NCBI GenBank assembly: GCA_951406725.2
Contig: OX597819.1
Span: 13,206,001 to 13,270,000 of the forward strand
DNA: 64,000 bases
DNA from: Octopus vulgaris
Taxonomy: Eukaryota
Direction: 5' to 3'
This document shows positions 27,542 through 40,024 of the stretch, piece after piece; position 1 is the first letter of the stretch, and the number at the start of each line of letters is the position of its first letter. Position numbers and translations under genes: made by a program. Under the pieces are notes generated by a model. The model had not been told where the DNA came from. It did not search any database and saw only the letters and a list, made by a program, of their open reading frames with translations.

Positions 27542-27770
27542 TTGACCCTTTCGTTACCAACCCAGCTGAAACCGGTTCTGGCTCTGAGTACAAATGTCTT
27601 GTTTTCAAAAGTTTTGAATTAAAATCTTCTACCAAACCTTAGTCACAATTTATGTTCCTAACACTAGCTGAATGATAACTAAGATATTTTATTAAATCCT
27701 TTGTTATATTTAAAATTGATTGAAAGAAACACAGCACATCTCAACAGAAATACAGTAACAAAAGGGTTAA
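27542..27770. mobile_element. piggyBac-type MITE, second family
   Basis: acccttt.gttac...gtaac.aaagggttaa ends; copies at 53642-53871, 61971-62403 and, more decayed, 14864-15070, 57490-57720. Confidence 0.75.
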
Positions 27771-28367
27771 AACTGCTGCAGTGCTTCACGAAGGAAAAGT
27801 ATGCATTATATAAGTGGGCTGGTTACACCCCTGATTCATATACCAGAGATACTGTAAAATACAACAAAGTACCATCCTAGAGCTTCTGATCAATTTCACA
27901 AACACAAAACCCATTTGAAATAGTCCTATGCCAACCTGAGCTGTGAGTACTCTCGCATTAATATAGGTACAACACAAGCAGTTCTCTTAACCACAAAAAC
28001 AAGTCATAAATACAGCAATTATTCTCTGTACAAAAGTATTTCTTAATCTTGTTCTTAGAAAAGAGTTCCACAAGACACTTTCATATTTTAAAAGACTCTG
28101 ACCATTATCATCATTTTACTGTCCACTTTTCCTTGCTTGCATGGGTCAGACAAATTTTGTTGAGACACATTTTCTATGACCAGATGCCCTTCTTGCTACC
28201 TACCCCCACTTGTTTCCAAGTAAGGTAATGTTTACCCATGGCCAGAGCTGGACACGTTTTCACAGAAGATTGGAAATGGAAGACACAGTTTGATGATAGA
28301 CACTTGTTTACAACTAACATGCAATGTCAAGGTGCGAAAATAATAACACACACACATACATGCATAT

Positions 28368-28420
<53 letters not shown>

Positions 28421-28422
<2 letters not shown>

Positions 28423-28618
28423 CGGGAAGCTTTATGAAAATAAACAAAAGACGAAGGCAGGTGGAATACAAACAAACAATTGTATTAGTATGGCGCTCAG
28501 GAATATAAATAAAACAAGTCTTTTACGTTTCGAGCCTATGCTCTTCAACAGAAAGATACACAGAAAAGAAACAAGGAGAGAAAAAAAATGCGTGCAGAAG
28601 CTAGCGAATCAACATGGC
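28421..28618 (-). mobile_element. Penelope-like terminal-repeat fragment inserted in a (TA)n microsatellite
   Basis: (TA)n on both sides; contains a hammerhead motif. Confidence 0.65.
28519..28556 (-). ncRNA. Minimal type-I hammerhead motif with variant core CUGUUGA
   Basis: UCUUU-CUGUUGA-A-GAGC(auag)GCUC-GAAAC-GUA-AAAGA: perfect stems I and II, GUA cleavage triplet. Confidence 0.7.
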
Positions 28619-28630
28619 AATATATATATA

Positions 28631-28661
<31 letters not shown>

Positions 28662-29539
28662 TGTAAAAGCCTTCTTTTCAGTTTCTTTTCACCAAATCCA
28701 TTCACAAGGCTTTGGTTGACTCAAGGTTATATTAAGACACTTGCTTTGCAGTGGAACTGAACCCCAAGCCATGTGGCTGGGAAGCAAGCTTCTTAACCAC
28801 ATCGTTACGTGGACACATTTTAAATCAAAAATTGTCACTCGTTAACAAACGAGTCACTTCAAACGACTGGCTCAACAATATGTATGAAAAGTTTTCAAAC
28901 AATTTTAAGCAAATTATTATTATATTTTTTTCATTCATGCAAAGTTTATTGAAGGCATCTGGCTTAGTGGATAGAGTGTTGCACTCATGACCACAAGATG
29001 GTGGTTTCAATTTCTAGATCGGGTGATGCATTGTGTTCTTAAGCAAAACACTTCATTTCACGCTACACCAACCCAATCAGCTGTAAATGTGTAACCCTGG
29101 AATGGACTAGTATTCCATTAGGAGCGAAAGATGGCCAGTCTGCCTACCTAACCAATGGGTGGCGGCGAGCTGGCAGAAACGTTAGCGCGCCGGGCAAAAT
29201 GCTTAGCGGTATTTCGTCTGCCGTTACGTTCTGAGTTCAAATTCCACCGAGGTCGACTTTGCCTTTCATCCTTTCGGGGTCAATAAATTAAGTACCAGTT
29301 ACGCACTGGGGTCGATGTAATCGACTTAATACCTATGTCTGTCCTTGTTTGTCCCCTCTATGTTTAGCCCCTTGTGGGTAATAAAGAAATAGGTATCATT
29401 TGAAAGCTCCAACAATGTGAGAAAGTGCACTGTGATTAGTGGTATGTAACCACATCCAATACAGTGTTAAATGCTTTGTGTTCACAAACATGTTATTGTT
29501 ATTTCTCTATTTTTTTTTCTTTTCCTCTTCTATTTTCAG

Positions 29540-29740
29540 AACATCTTAAAACATTACGATGAAGAAAGAATCGGTCATAATGTTTTGTGCCAGGCGTTGA
29601 CCCACATGACCAGCATGGCACAACACATTAACGAAATGAAACGCAAGCACGAACATGCAGTACATGTCCAAGAAATTCAAAGTCAATTGTTGGAATATGA
29701 TGGAGCTGATCTCACCACATTAGGGGACCTTGTTTTAGAG
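29540..29740 (+). CDS. PLEKHG1: RhoGEF exon, DH-PH junction: NILKHYDEER...HINEMKRKHEHAVHVQEIQSQLLEYDGADLTTLGDLVLE
   Basis: ttttcag/gttagt; HIN.MKRKHEHAV..QEIQS is characteristic of PLEKHG1/2/3; 67 codons, phase 0-0. Confidence 0.95.
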
Positions 29741-30005
29741 GTTAGTTACTGTCATCATCATCATCATCATCATCATCATCACTGAGCATCCATTTCCCAA
29801 TTTAGAATGGCTTGGATGGTTTGGTAGGGTCCAAAGAGCCCAAGGATTGCATTGTACTCTATTGTCTAATTGGGCATGGTTTCTACAGCTTGATGCCATT
29901 CCTAACACCAAACCACTTTATGGGGTGTACTGGATGCATTTTCATTTTCCTGGAATAGCTCCCAGTTAGTAAACGAGTTAGATTTTAATTTCAAAATATT
30001 AAATA

Positions 30006-30390
30006 CTAGCAGTATCGCCCGGTGTTGCTCGGGTTTGTAAGGGAAATAACTATATAAGCATTTTTAGAGAGTTATAGCCAAAAAATAGCAAAAAAATGCA
30101 TTAAAAATGGAAAAAAATGATGGGAAATTTTTTTTTAAATCGTTGACTCATCGTAGACATTTTTAGAGAGTTACTTCCCTTATATAATAGCGAAAAAATG
30201 CATTAAAATGGAAAAAAATGATGGTAAATTTTTTTTTAAATCGTAGACTCATCGTAGACCCAGAAGTGCTCGATATGAATCACGACTATAAGATACCCGG
30301 TTTTGGTTAAACTGCACCGCAAAATGTGGGAGTAGTTAGGAATCTAAATTGTAGGAGACAGACACACAACTTCACTTTTATATATAAAGA
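30006..30390 (-). mobile_element. Non-autonomous Helitron-like element
   Basis: TC...CTAG termini on the minus strand with a subterminal cccgagcaac.ccggg hairpin; second copy at 60779-61080. Confidence 0.75.
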
Positions 30391-30485
30391 TATCTCAATG
30401 AAATACATCACTTATTTGCCTTTTCATTCATCTAAAAACTTTATAACAATTGCTTTAACCTTACTGTACATCTTTTTTCTTATAT

Positions 30486-30736
30486 GTTATTTACATTTGA
30501 TGGATATTCGTCCTCATCTTTTTTGTTGCTAACACAATGTTTCGGCTGATATACCCTCCAGCCTTCTTCAGGTGTCTTGGGGAAATTTCGAACCTGGGTT
30601 CTCATTCCTCAAGACACCTGATGAAGGCTGAAGGGTATATCAGCCGAAATGTTGTGTTAACAACAAACAAGATGAGGACAAATATCCGTTGAATGTAAAT
30701 AATGTAAATAATTCCTCATCTCTTAAATATAGAACT
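30486..30736. mobile_element. Inverted pair of the hammerhead-containing repeat (no tRNA head)
   Basis: hammerhead motifs at 30531-30576(-) and 30613-30658(+). Confidence 0.85.
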
Positions 30737-30829
30737 GTATCTTTTTTCTTTACACACACACACACACACTCTCTCTTTTGTTTTCTTTTCTCCCTTCTCT
30801 GTTTCTACGATTCTTTCTCTTTCTGTGTT

Positions 30830-31310
30830 GTAGCATCTCTTTACTCATTGCCTGCCACCAAGCCTAGAGGGTGCAGTTATCCTGTCCCTCTTATTACCCT
30901 CTCGCATTCCATACAGTCTTGCTATTTCCACTTTCAATTTGGAGTACTTGGTGATTTTTTTCAACCTCTTTACTCACAACATTCAAGTCATTTGGTATGG
31001 CTACATCAATGATCTGACAGTATTTGTCTCTCTTATTCAATATGACAATATCCAGCCGACAGTGTTTGATCACATGATCCGTCTGAAAACCATAGTCCCA
31101 GAGTATCATTATTTTTCCATCCTCTGGCATAACTTTACTTGGTACATGCTCATACCAGTTCTCTGTTACTTCATATTGGTATTTACAGCATAAGAGCCAA
31201 TGAAGATACACACACCCTTTATCGTGGCGGCATTTGTATTCTTTTTGTGCAAGGCTCTCACATCCACTTACCAAGTGGATCACATTTTCCACACTCTTTC
31301 CACAGTCTGT
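30830..31310 (-). mobile_element. R4/Dong-clade (restriction-like endonuclease) non-LTR retrotransposon remnant
   Basis: CGKSVENVIHLVSGC..LAQKEYK.RHD...WYEH.P...ILWD..QTD...RLDIV...IIDVAIP: zinc knuckle plus PD-D-xK endonuclease region, frameshifted. Confidence 0.88.
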
Positions 31311-31589
31311 TGTTGTTATTATTATTATTATTATTTTTATGAAGGCGGTGAGCTGGCAGAAACATCACCATGCTGGGTGAAATGCTTAGCAGTATTTATC
31401 CTGTCTTTACGTTCTGTGTGCAAATTCCGCCAAGGTCAACTTTGCCTTTCATCCTTTTGGGGTCGATAAATTAAGTACCAGTTGAATACCGGGGTCGATC
31501 TAATCGACTGGCCCCTTCCCCCAAAATTTCAGGCCTTGTGCCTAGAGTAGAAAAGATTATTATTATCATTATTATTATTATTATTAATA

Positions 31590-31890
31590 TATAAAGGATT
31601 GAGGTAACTCTTCCAGAAGATTTAGAGTCAAAATTAAAAGAACAGTGCCTTTGTCATCTCGTGAATGATATTTCGACATCTTGTCTGTCTTCAATAGATT
31701 CAAAAAATAATTTTGTCAATCTTCTTTTAATTTTGACTCTATATCTTCTGGAGGAGTTACCTCACTCCTTTATATATTAACCAAAATAATGTATATTGAC
31801 AAAATTATTTTTTGAACCTGTTGAAGACACACAAGATGTTGAAATATTTTTCACTTGATGACAATGGCACCCTTCTTTTAATTTTGACTT
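31590..31890. mobile_element. Penelope-like inverted/permuted repeat with degenerate hammerheads
   Basis: A-B-A'-B' inverted layout; motifs at 31662-31702(-) and 31813-31853(+). Confidence 0.6.
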
Positions 31891-32300
31891 TATTATTATT
31901 ATTATTAACCCTTTAGTGTTCAGATTATTCTCTCAAATGTGATGTTTGTTTATTTATATTGTTTTGAATTAATCATGCATTATCTTGTAGTTTAGAGATT
32001 GCAGTGATGTGATTTTTTAGTTTTAGAATGACATGGTAGGGCTGAGGTAAGAGGCGAGATCTGGTCAGTTTCAATATAAAACAGGTTAAATATTCTGGCC
32101 GGATATGGTCGGTTTGAATGCTAAAGGGTTATACATATTACTGTAAATATGTTGCTTTACTTAAAACTATGTAATAATAATGCAACATGCTGTAAAGTTG
32201 TCCAGGGGAAATACTGACCAATTAAAAAAACAAAGGGAAGATGCTGAATTTACAAATATAATACTATCTGTTAAAGGTTTTTGTTTCTTGTTTTTCACAG

Positions 32301-32417
32301 GGATCCTTTCGGCTCTGTGGGACCAAAACATATCGACATGTGTTTTTGTTTGAGAAAGCTGTACTTATTGCCAAGAAAAAAGAAGAGGGGATGCTGAGTT
32401 GTAAGACCTTTATTGAA
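32301..32417 (+). CDS. PLEKHG1: RhoGEF exon, PH domain: GSFRLCGTKTYRHVFLFEKAVLIAKKKEEGMLSCKTFIE
   Basis: tttcacag/gtaagt; R.VFLF.K..LI.KK PH motif; 39 codons. Confidence 0.92.
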
Positions 32418-34673
32418 GTAAGTTTAATTATCTAATCATGTGACCTTACTTATAATTCTTTATCAATTATGTTTTGCAGTTAAGTGATCAATTGTGTGGA
32501 TTACAGCTTTCCAATAAGCCAATCACTTGTCACCATTAAACGGTGAGAACAAGGGAGTGAGTGTCTCTTAGTGTAGAACAAATATCTCAAGGGAACTTTA
32601 TCAATAAAATTTTCGTTTTTCAGTTTTGTTATGGGTGTTTGTATCCCGAGGTAATTTAGTTGGTGGAAGATGTATATATGTACATAGACATTCACATGCA
32701 AGTGCATGCATATGGTGGAAGATGTATATATGTACATAGACATTCACATGCAAGTGCATGCATACACACAGACACACACACATACATATGGATACATTGA
32801 TCAATTTGATGGAAAGATAGACAGACAGTAGATTTCCATTAACCAAATTCCATTCACAAGGTATTGGTCAGTCTAAAGCTATGAATGAAGATACTTGCTT
32901 AAAATGTTACTCAATGGAATCTCTCAGAACCAAGTAGTTGTGAAGAGAACCTCTTAAATACAATCATGCCTGTATCAATAATATCTAAATTATCAATATA
33001 CAAAACACACACTTACATGTTATGCTATCAATTGGAGAAGAAGGTTTTTGTCTTCTCTGAGGAGTGATCTGCAAATTATGATTTGCTCTGTCAGGAGACT
33101 CCCCCTCCTATTTTTTTTCCATGCATCAAAACACAGAAAGAATGTGCTTATAGTTTATATAGTTCTCTTTAACAATTAATGGCTTTTTAACATATATGTA
33201 TACATACATACATATTATATACATTATAGATATAGGGTAAAGAATTATTAATTTAATAAATTTTACCAAGTAGTTCGGTATGGAAAAAAAACCATTATCG
33301 GTAAAAACTTATGCAAAAAGTTTTTTTAATAATTACAAACATAATTGAGGGATCAGCAAAAGTTGCTTCACCACATACCGAAATTTAGAAATAGCAGTCA
33401 AACTACTAATTTTTCTACTACAATATATCTCCACAGACAGTAATACTCATAACTCAAAGTGTAATGAATATGTTTGGATAAATTAAATGTTCCTATAATA
33501 TGTATGTATGTACATACATTCATTCTTTCTTTCTTTTACATGTTTCAGTCTAAAGGCTGTGGCCATACTGAGGCACTGATGTTCCACATTTATGTTGATA
33601 ATAATTTCTGCTTGGTTAATATAAATACTGCGTCAGTATGCACACTAATTTGCATATTTTTGCTTTGTTAATTGTATTTATGGTTATGTTTATATAACAT
33701 TTTTTATAAATGATATAATGTCACTTATGTGTTTGTCCATATTTAAAAAAAAAAATTTTTATTATATACTTGAGCTCTGCAGTTCTTACAGACAACTCTT
33801 ATTTTGTGAAATTATATTTGCCCTGGTTTGGAAGTTGAATTTTAAGAATCTGGATCTTTCAAGAACTAATAAATCATAGGTCTGCAGCATGGCAGATTGT
33901 GAAGAGGCAGCAGAAGAGCTCAGCTGAGCCAATGCTACTTCTCATATTGATGTTGAGCAGAAGAATTCCAGAAGATTAACAATCAGAATGACCAAGCTCT
34001 ATTAAGAGCGGAACTGTAATTTAATTGTAGGAGTGGGGTTCATGGTTGTATAATCAGCTCATGAAAGATTCATTATGACTCAAGCCCTCAATTCAAATGA
34101 ACAGTGGAATTTGATGGTGACAAAGAATCATGGAAATTCAGAAGCAGTGTGACTGGAACTCTCATCAGTTGTTCATCTTATACTAGTGATCTCACCCACT
34201 GGACACACATGCAACAGACACATACATATAGCAATAAAAGCAAATGAATAGATTATGTGGTATCGCTATAATCATTTCACTGAGAGATTTTATTTCATTG
34301 TAACATTGTATGTATTGAAGCGCAATCTTTATAAGATCCTGCAGAACACAACAGAAAAGCTCTCAAATCATCAGGCTACACCATGTTGCATAAGAGCAAA
34401 TATCAATATGCTACTGGACTGCATTGCCCAATGGCATGCCATTTTATACACACACACACACACATACATACACACATATTTTACTTGTTTCAGCCATTGG
34501 ACTGCGACCATGCTGGGGTACTGTCTCAGAGGATTTAGTCAAACAAGTCAATCTCATTACTTTATTGTTTAGGCCAGGTACTTATTTTATCGGGCTCTTT
34601 ACCGAACCCTTAATTTAACTTATTTAGATATCACTAATACTAATTCTGATACAATCTTGTCTCTTTTGGCTAG

Positions 34674-34769
34674 TGTGCTAATCTGATGTTGATTGAAAGT
34701 ATTCCAAAGGAACCTCTTAGTTTTCAAGTTATCCCTTTTGATAATCCCAAGTCAATGCATACTTTACAG
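34674..34769 (+). CDS. PLEKHG1: RhoGEF exon, PH domain: [32 protein letters not shown]
   Basis: ggctag/gtaagt; [14 protein letters not shown] matches the PLEKHG1 PH domain. Confidence 0.93.
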
Positions 34770-35056
34770 GTAAGTCCATTCCATAAGTCTAATACTAATC
34801 TTAATTCTAAACACCAGTAATCATTATCAAAATAATTTAGCCATACTTTATTCCTACTAATAAATCCCTTCAAATTCTTGGTTATTTTCAAAATAAATTA
34901 AAATGGTATATTTCAATATAATTCTAGTGAAAAAAAGACAAGAGTTTAAAAAGAAATTGACAAAAATTGTCCAATTCTTCATGTCAAGTATACATATATA
35001 TCTCATAAGTAATTTCTAGAAGTTAATTTATTTGCCAATTTTAATCTTTTTTAAAG

Positions 35057-35189
35057 GCAAGGAACATTGACCAGAAAGTAAAATGGTGCAAGGAGATTAA
35101 ACACTTAATCTTGGAGAGTTACAAAGGCAAGATTCCAGAGAAAGTTCGTCATCTTGTGATGGAATTAGGTCGAAGCAAAGATGAACAAT
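35057..35189 (+). CDS. PLEKHG1: RhoGEF exon, end of PH domain: ARNIDQKVKWCKEIKHLILESYKGKIPEKVRHLVMELGRSKDEQ
   Basis: ttttttaaag acceptor; K..W...K.LILE...IP motif; donor gtgaga after 35189 (an alternative phase-1 donor after 35168 is possible). Confidence 0.85.
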
Positions 35190-35797
35190 GTGAGAAGCTT
35201 GAATGTTTGAACACTTTCCAGCTCTTTGGTAAATTACCGCTCTTTTCTTCCTCTTGGACCTGCTGTTTCTTGCTGCACCATCCACAGCTCAGTTTGTGCA
35301 AGGCACCATGTCGTCAGGCTTCTTTTGTAAGCCATGTGTTTTCTCCCTGCAAAACCAACTCACTGGAAATGTGAACACCTCTTAACCACTCTGAAGAGCA
35401 CTTACAGTCTTACAAAGCATGGACACTTGTTACCCCACACCCCCCATCATTTTCTGTCACACTATGTGAATTTCCTTACTCAGTTCATAACCTTTCCATG
35501 CATGACCACTTCTCACCCTCATCCGTCATGTATTTCTGTCAAGCTCATTTTGCAAATTTCACTCATTACTTTCTGCTTTCTCTACTCCCTAATAAATCTG
35601 TTTTCCCTTTTTCCTGTTAAAACAAAAGTATTTGTGTTCTAATTACAGGCAGACCATTTCCTCATTTCCTTAAAATATTATATTTCCAAAGTCTCTACCA
35701 ACATCATTTCTTCATATCATATCCAACACATCTTAGCTTTTTATGTACATTTCCCAAATTGTTGACATTAATTCGTTTCATATTTTTACATTTTCAT

Positions 35798-36158
35798 TAA
35801 AAGCACCATCCGTTCGTGTCCGTTGCCAGCCTCGCCTGGCCCCCGTGCCGGTGGCATGTAAAAGCACCATCCGTTCATGGCCATTGCCAGCCTTGCCTGG
35901 CCCCCGTACCGGTGGCACGTAAAAAGCACCATCCGTCCGTGGCCGTTTGCCAGCTCCGTCTGGCACCTGTGCAGGTGGCACGTAAAAAGCACCCACTACA
36001 CTCACGGAGTGGTTGGCGTTAGGAAGGGCATCCAGCTGTAGAAACACTGCCAGATCAGACTGGGCCTGATGCAGCCTGCTGGCTTCACAGACCCCAGTTG
36101 AACCGTCCAACCCATGCTAGTATGGAAAATGGACGCTAAATGATGATGATGATGATGA
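35798..36158 (+). mobile_element. Retroposon family 4 (SINE/RTE-type tail ending in (GAT)n)
   Basis: gagtggttggcgttaggaagggcatccagctgtagaa core; copies at about 15205-15410, 16185-16405, 19540-19840, 21068-21312(-), 24730-24905, 26670-26822(-), 42130-42327, 62737-63102(-). Confidence 0.85.
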
Positions 36159-37624
36159 TTTTTATGTCTATAATACTGAGGAACATCTTGCTAATTAGAT
36201 AGTCATGCAGCAGAATCATTAAAGCATCTACAGTCCTTTAGGATCTGATATGAAATCCTGCCAAGACCAGACCAAATTTTCCTTTTCCTTTCATTCTTCA
36301 TGAGTTGATAAAATGGTCCAGTCAAGAAGTACTTTGAAGGTTTAAGCAATTACTCCTTCCCTAAAATTTGTGGCCTTGTGTTTATGTTAACCATTTGTGG
36401 TTCCTAGGTTAGAAATCAATGATGGCTTATGTTTAACTTTCATATTTATTTGTATCTTTGCAAAAATTAGAAATTAATTTTTTGTTATGTCTTAAAAGAA
36501 AATACACTGATAATTATCAAAGTGAAATAGTTGCATACATTATTATAAATCAGTATAAGGTATATAAATGATAGATAAATCTTAAAGATGCATAGCTTCT
36601 AGCATGAAATTTACTGATCAAACTCTTTGAGTCAACCCATAGGTACAGAATGGAATGTCTTGCCTTTTCCCCCCTAATTTTAGCTCATCTGAGGAAGAAA
36701 ATAGACTTATGTCTATAGTTCCTACCTATTTCTTTACTACTACCCACAAGGGGCTAAACACAGAGGAGACAAACAAGGACAGTTCAGACAGACGGATTAA
36801 GTCGATTATATCGACTCCAGTGTGTAACTGGTACTTATTTAATCGACCCCGAAAGGATGAAAGGCAAAGTCAACCTCGGCGGAATTTGAACTCAGAACAT
36901 AGCGGCAGACGAAATACAGCTACACATTTCGCCCGGCGTGCTAACGTTTCTGCCAGCTCGTCGCCTTATAGTTCCTACAGTCTATAGTTCCTACCAACTA
37001 ATAAGGGTCAGTGAGGCTAAAGTTCAGCTTGAGCTTCTGCTGGTCAGTGTTTGTGGCAGGGAAAAAAACATGAAGAGGAAGATAATACTGAAAGCTGAAA
37101 CTGTAGGGAAGAAGGATTAGGGACCATAGTTCATGAATATGGGGAACAATGGGAATATGGTAAAAGAAGAGATGTGTGCATCAAGTGGATTATATGTAAG
37201 GTGGTGAATAGTAAACTGGCCATATTGAAGAATCATAAAGAACTAACTTTGTTATTCCAAATTCCTTATAGGAGAATTGGTATGTAAATCTGTTGTCTAT
37301 TATAATCATATTTAACACTGATATGGGTGTGAGCAACATTTTAGTTCTTTTCTAGTTCTTCTTTCAGTAGAAATAACTTCAAACCTTGTTGACTTTGTTA
37401 TCAACGTTGGCAGCCTTTTGTGGTGCCAACTGTAGCAATTCAGTTAATATTTCTGTATTAAATGCAATTGAATTGATGCATTGATGCTAAATATATATGT
37501 CTGATAATATTATAAATCTACTAACTCTGTACATATCTGATATCTTCTCCTGTTATTTTAGCAATACTAGTTTTTATTAGCAATTATCTGACTAACAATA
37601 AAACCAATTGCTTCTCATCTAAAC

Positions 37625-38122
37625 AAAAATATTATAAATAATTGTATTACAATTAAATATTATAAATAATTGTAATATTACAGTAAAATATTATAAATAA
37701 TTGTATTACAATTAAATATTATAAATAATTGTAATATTACAGTAAAATATTATAAATAATTGTATTACAATTAAATATTATAAATAATTGTAATATTACA
37801 GTAAAATATTATAAATAATTGTATTACAATTAAATATTATAAATAATTGTAATATTACAGTAAAATATTATAAATAATTGTATTACAATTAAATATTATA
37901 AATAATTGTAATATTACAGTAAAATATTATAAATAATTGTATTACAATTAAATATCATAAATAATTGTAATATTACAGTAAAATATTATAAATAATTGTA
38001 TTACAATTAAATATCATAAATAATTGTAATATTACAGTAAAATATTATAAATAATTGTATTACAATTAAATATTATAAATAATTGTAATATTACTGTAAA
38101 ATATTATAAATAATTGTATTAC
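37625..38122. repeat. 59-bp AT-rich minisatellite (about 8.4 copies)
   Basis: unit aaaatattataaataattgtattacaattaaatattataaataattgtaatattacagt; period 59. Confidence 0.95.
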
Positions 38123-40024
38123 ACATGCGAGGTTCTAGAAGGTGAGACAGGGGCCAAGGTAAGGAAGTATACCACCACAAAGAAAATACAAACTGAAGCA
38201 GATGTCTTGTCTTGTCACAAGCCATTGGTCTGTTATTTACTCCAACCAAACATTCTACATATCTTAATATTATTTAAAGAAAAATAAAACTAGGATAACG
38301 CTATTTCACTATATATGAGCTCAGATACACCTTGAAGTGGGTCACTTCAGCCAGAGCTCACGCCCTGCCAACAGCAAATCAAAGAACCCCCTTAAAGAAT
38401 TATATCTTGCTAGTTACTGTAAGCTACTTATATATTCTAGTATATACTTAAATAAACTCTGATATAATTGGCTGCTTCTTTCACTAGTGTCCTACTAACA
38501 ACTGCTTTAGTAGACCGATTGTGCTGGTACCATATTCTTGAATGCCGTTTAATGCCATCAATCACATGTGCCTGGAATAAAATGCTCTTTTGAAGTTTCC
38601 TTGTGTGAGCTTACAAGTTTTCTAATCACGTAATCCATTGGGTGCATGTTTTCTTAGAATTGCTCTGATGTTTTATTTTACATGATCTGTGTATTGTGTT
38701 ATTTTGCTTTGCCCTCCACCAGCATCGAAATATTAAAATTCATTGATTTATGCATGTTTTATTTAGAATTGCATGCTCAAGTTCTTATGAAACACAATTT
38801 CTTTTTCTTATTTGCAATCACTATTTGAAATATCAAGTAGCCATAAGTGTAAAATGGCTAAATAGAGGCGACTAAGTTAGATAGAAATTGTTTCTCTGTA
38901 AAATCTTGGGCCTAAAAAAATATTTTTATTAGTTGGGTTTGGAATATTGAAATTTTGACTTTTGTACCATTCTTGGAGAGGAAATATATAAAAGTGAAAT
39001 TTATAAGTTATGTCAATATCCTTCCTTGTTAACCCTTTGGCATTTAAACTGACTATATCCAGTCAAAACATTCCCCCAGTTTTATGTTCAATCTGACCAG
39101 ATCTGTCCTCTCACACCTACCCTACAATGTCATTCTAAGAAAAAACAATCACATCATTGAAATCTTAAAGCTACAAGATAATGCAAAATTAATTCAAAAC
39201 AATGTGAATAAATAAGGATTACATTGGATAGAAAAATGTTAAAGGATCACACAACAGGTGGGTCAGAATTGTCTTAATCTAGCAGTACCACTTATTTCAT
39301 ATTTGAGCAACAAAGTTCCAAGATGTGGGAGTAGAAAATGGAACCTTAATTTCTTCAGATCCATATCATCAGGCCCAGCTTCTTTACACCAGTCCATCTT
39401 GGTCAAGTTTTGTAAACAACAATCATAATAGCATTTCATCAGAAACCTGTTTTAATTAGCCACAACTGCTTTGGATTGTTGATTTGTTCAGCAGTCTGTT
39501 TGGGTGAGGCATGAACCTCATAAATTCCTCATTTTCTTTCCATGATAGACTTATGACAATAGATTATTTTTCTATCATTTGGTTTAAGGTGTTGAAATTA
39601 TTTTGTATTCAGTTGATGTGTCTATCCTTTTGACATCAGAACTACAGAGTGCTTAAGAAAGAAGTTACAGGTGGTTATTGACACCCACCCACCCACCAAC
39701 CTACACACACATATACATTCACAAAGCCACACACACACACACACACATGCATGCATACACACATACACATGTAAAGCAGCTATGATTCTAACTACTTTGT
39801 TGTTGATCCCTGTCGCTAAATAGGTTCAGATATGTCTGGGGAGAACATGCCAAGTCATACCAAGTTTTATGCAATTAGTACTGCATTTTTGTAGTAGTAG
39901 TAGTAGTAGTAGTAGTAGAAGCAGTGGTATAAGTAATTCTAAAATTAACATGAATGCTATTGTAGGTTAAATTCAACTTACATTGAAAGTCAACAAAGTT
40001 TGCTTTAGAAGCATTGAGATGTAT

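Noticed and set aside
29741-29785. Poly-His C-terminus of ORF 29471-29785
   Set aside because: Lies beyond the gttagt donor; it is an intronic (CAT)n retroposon tail.
33780-34200. Coding-like composition (also 13700-14000 and 16400-16750)
   Set aside because: Stops in the frames I read and no recognisable motif; probably old repeat debris.
35190-35374. Extension of ORF 35111-35374 past the PH exon
   Set aside because: Loses family similarity and lies after a plausible donor; treated as intron.
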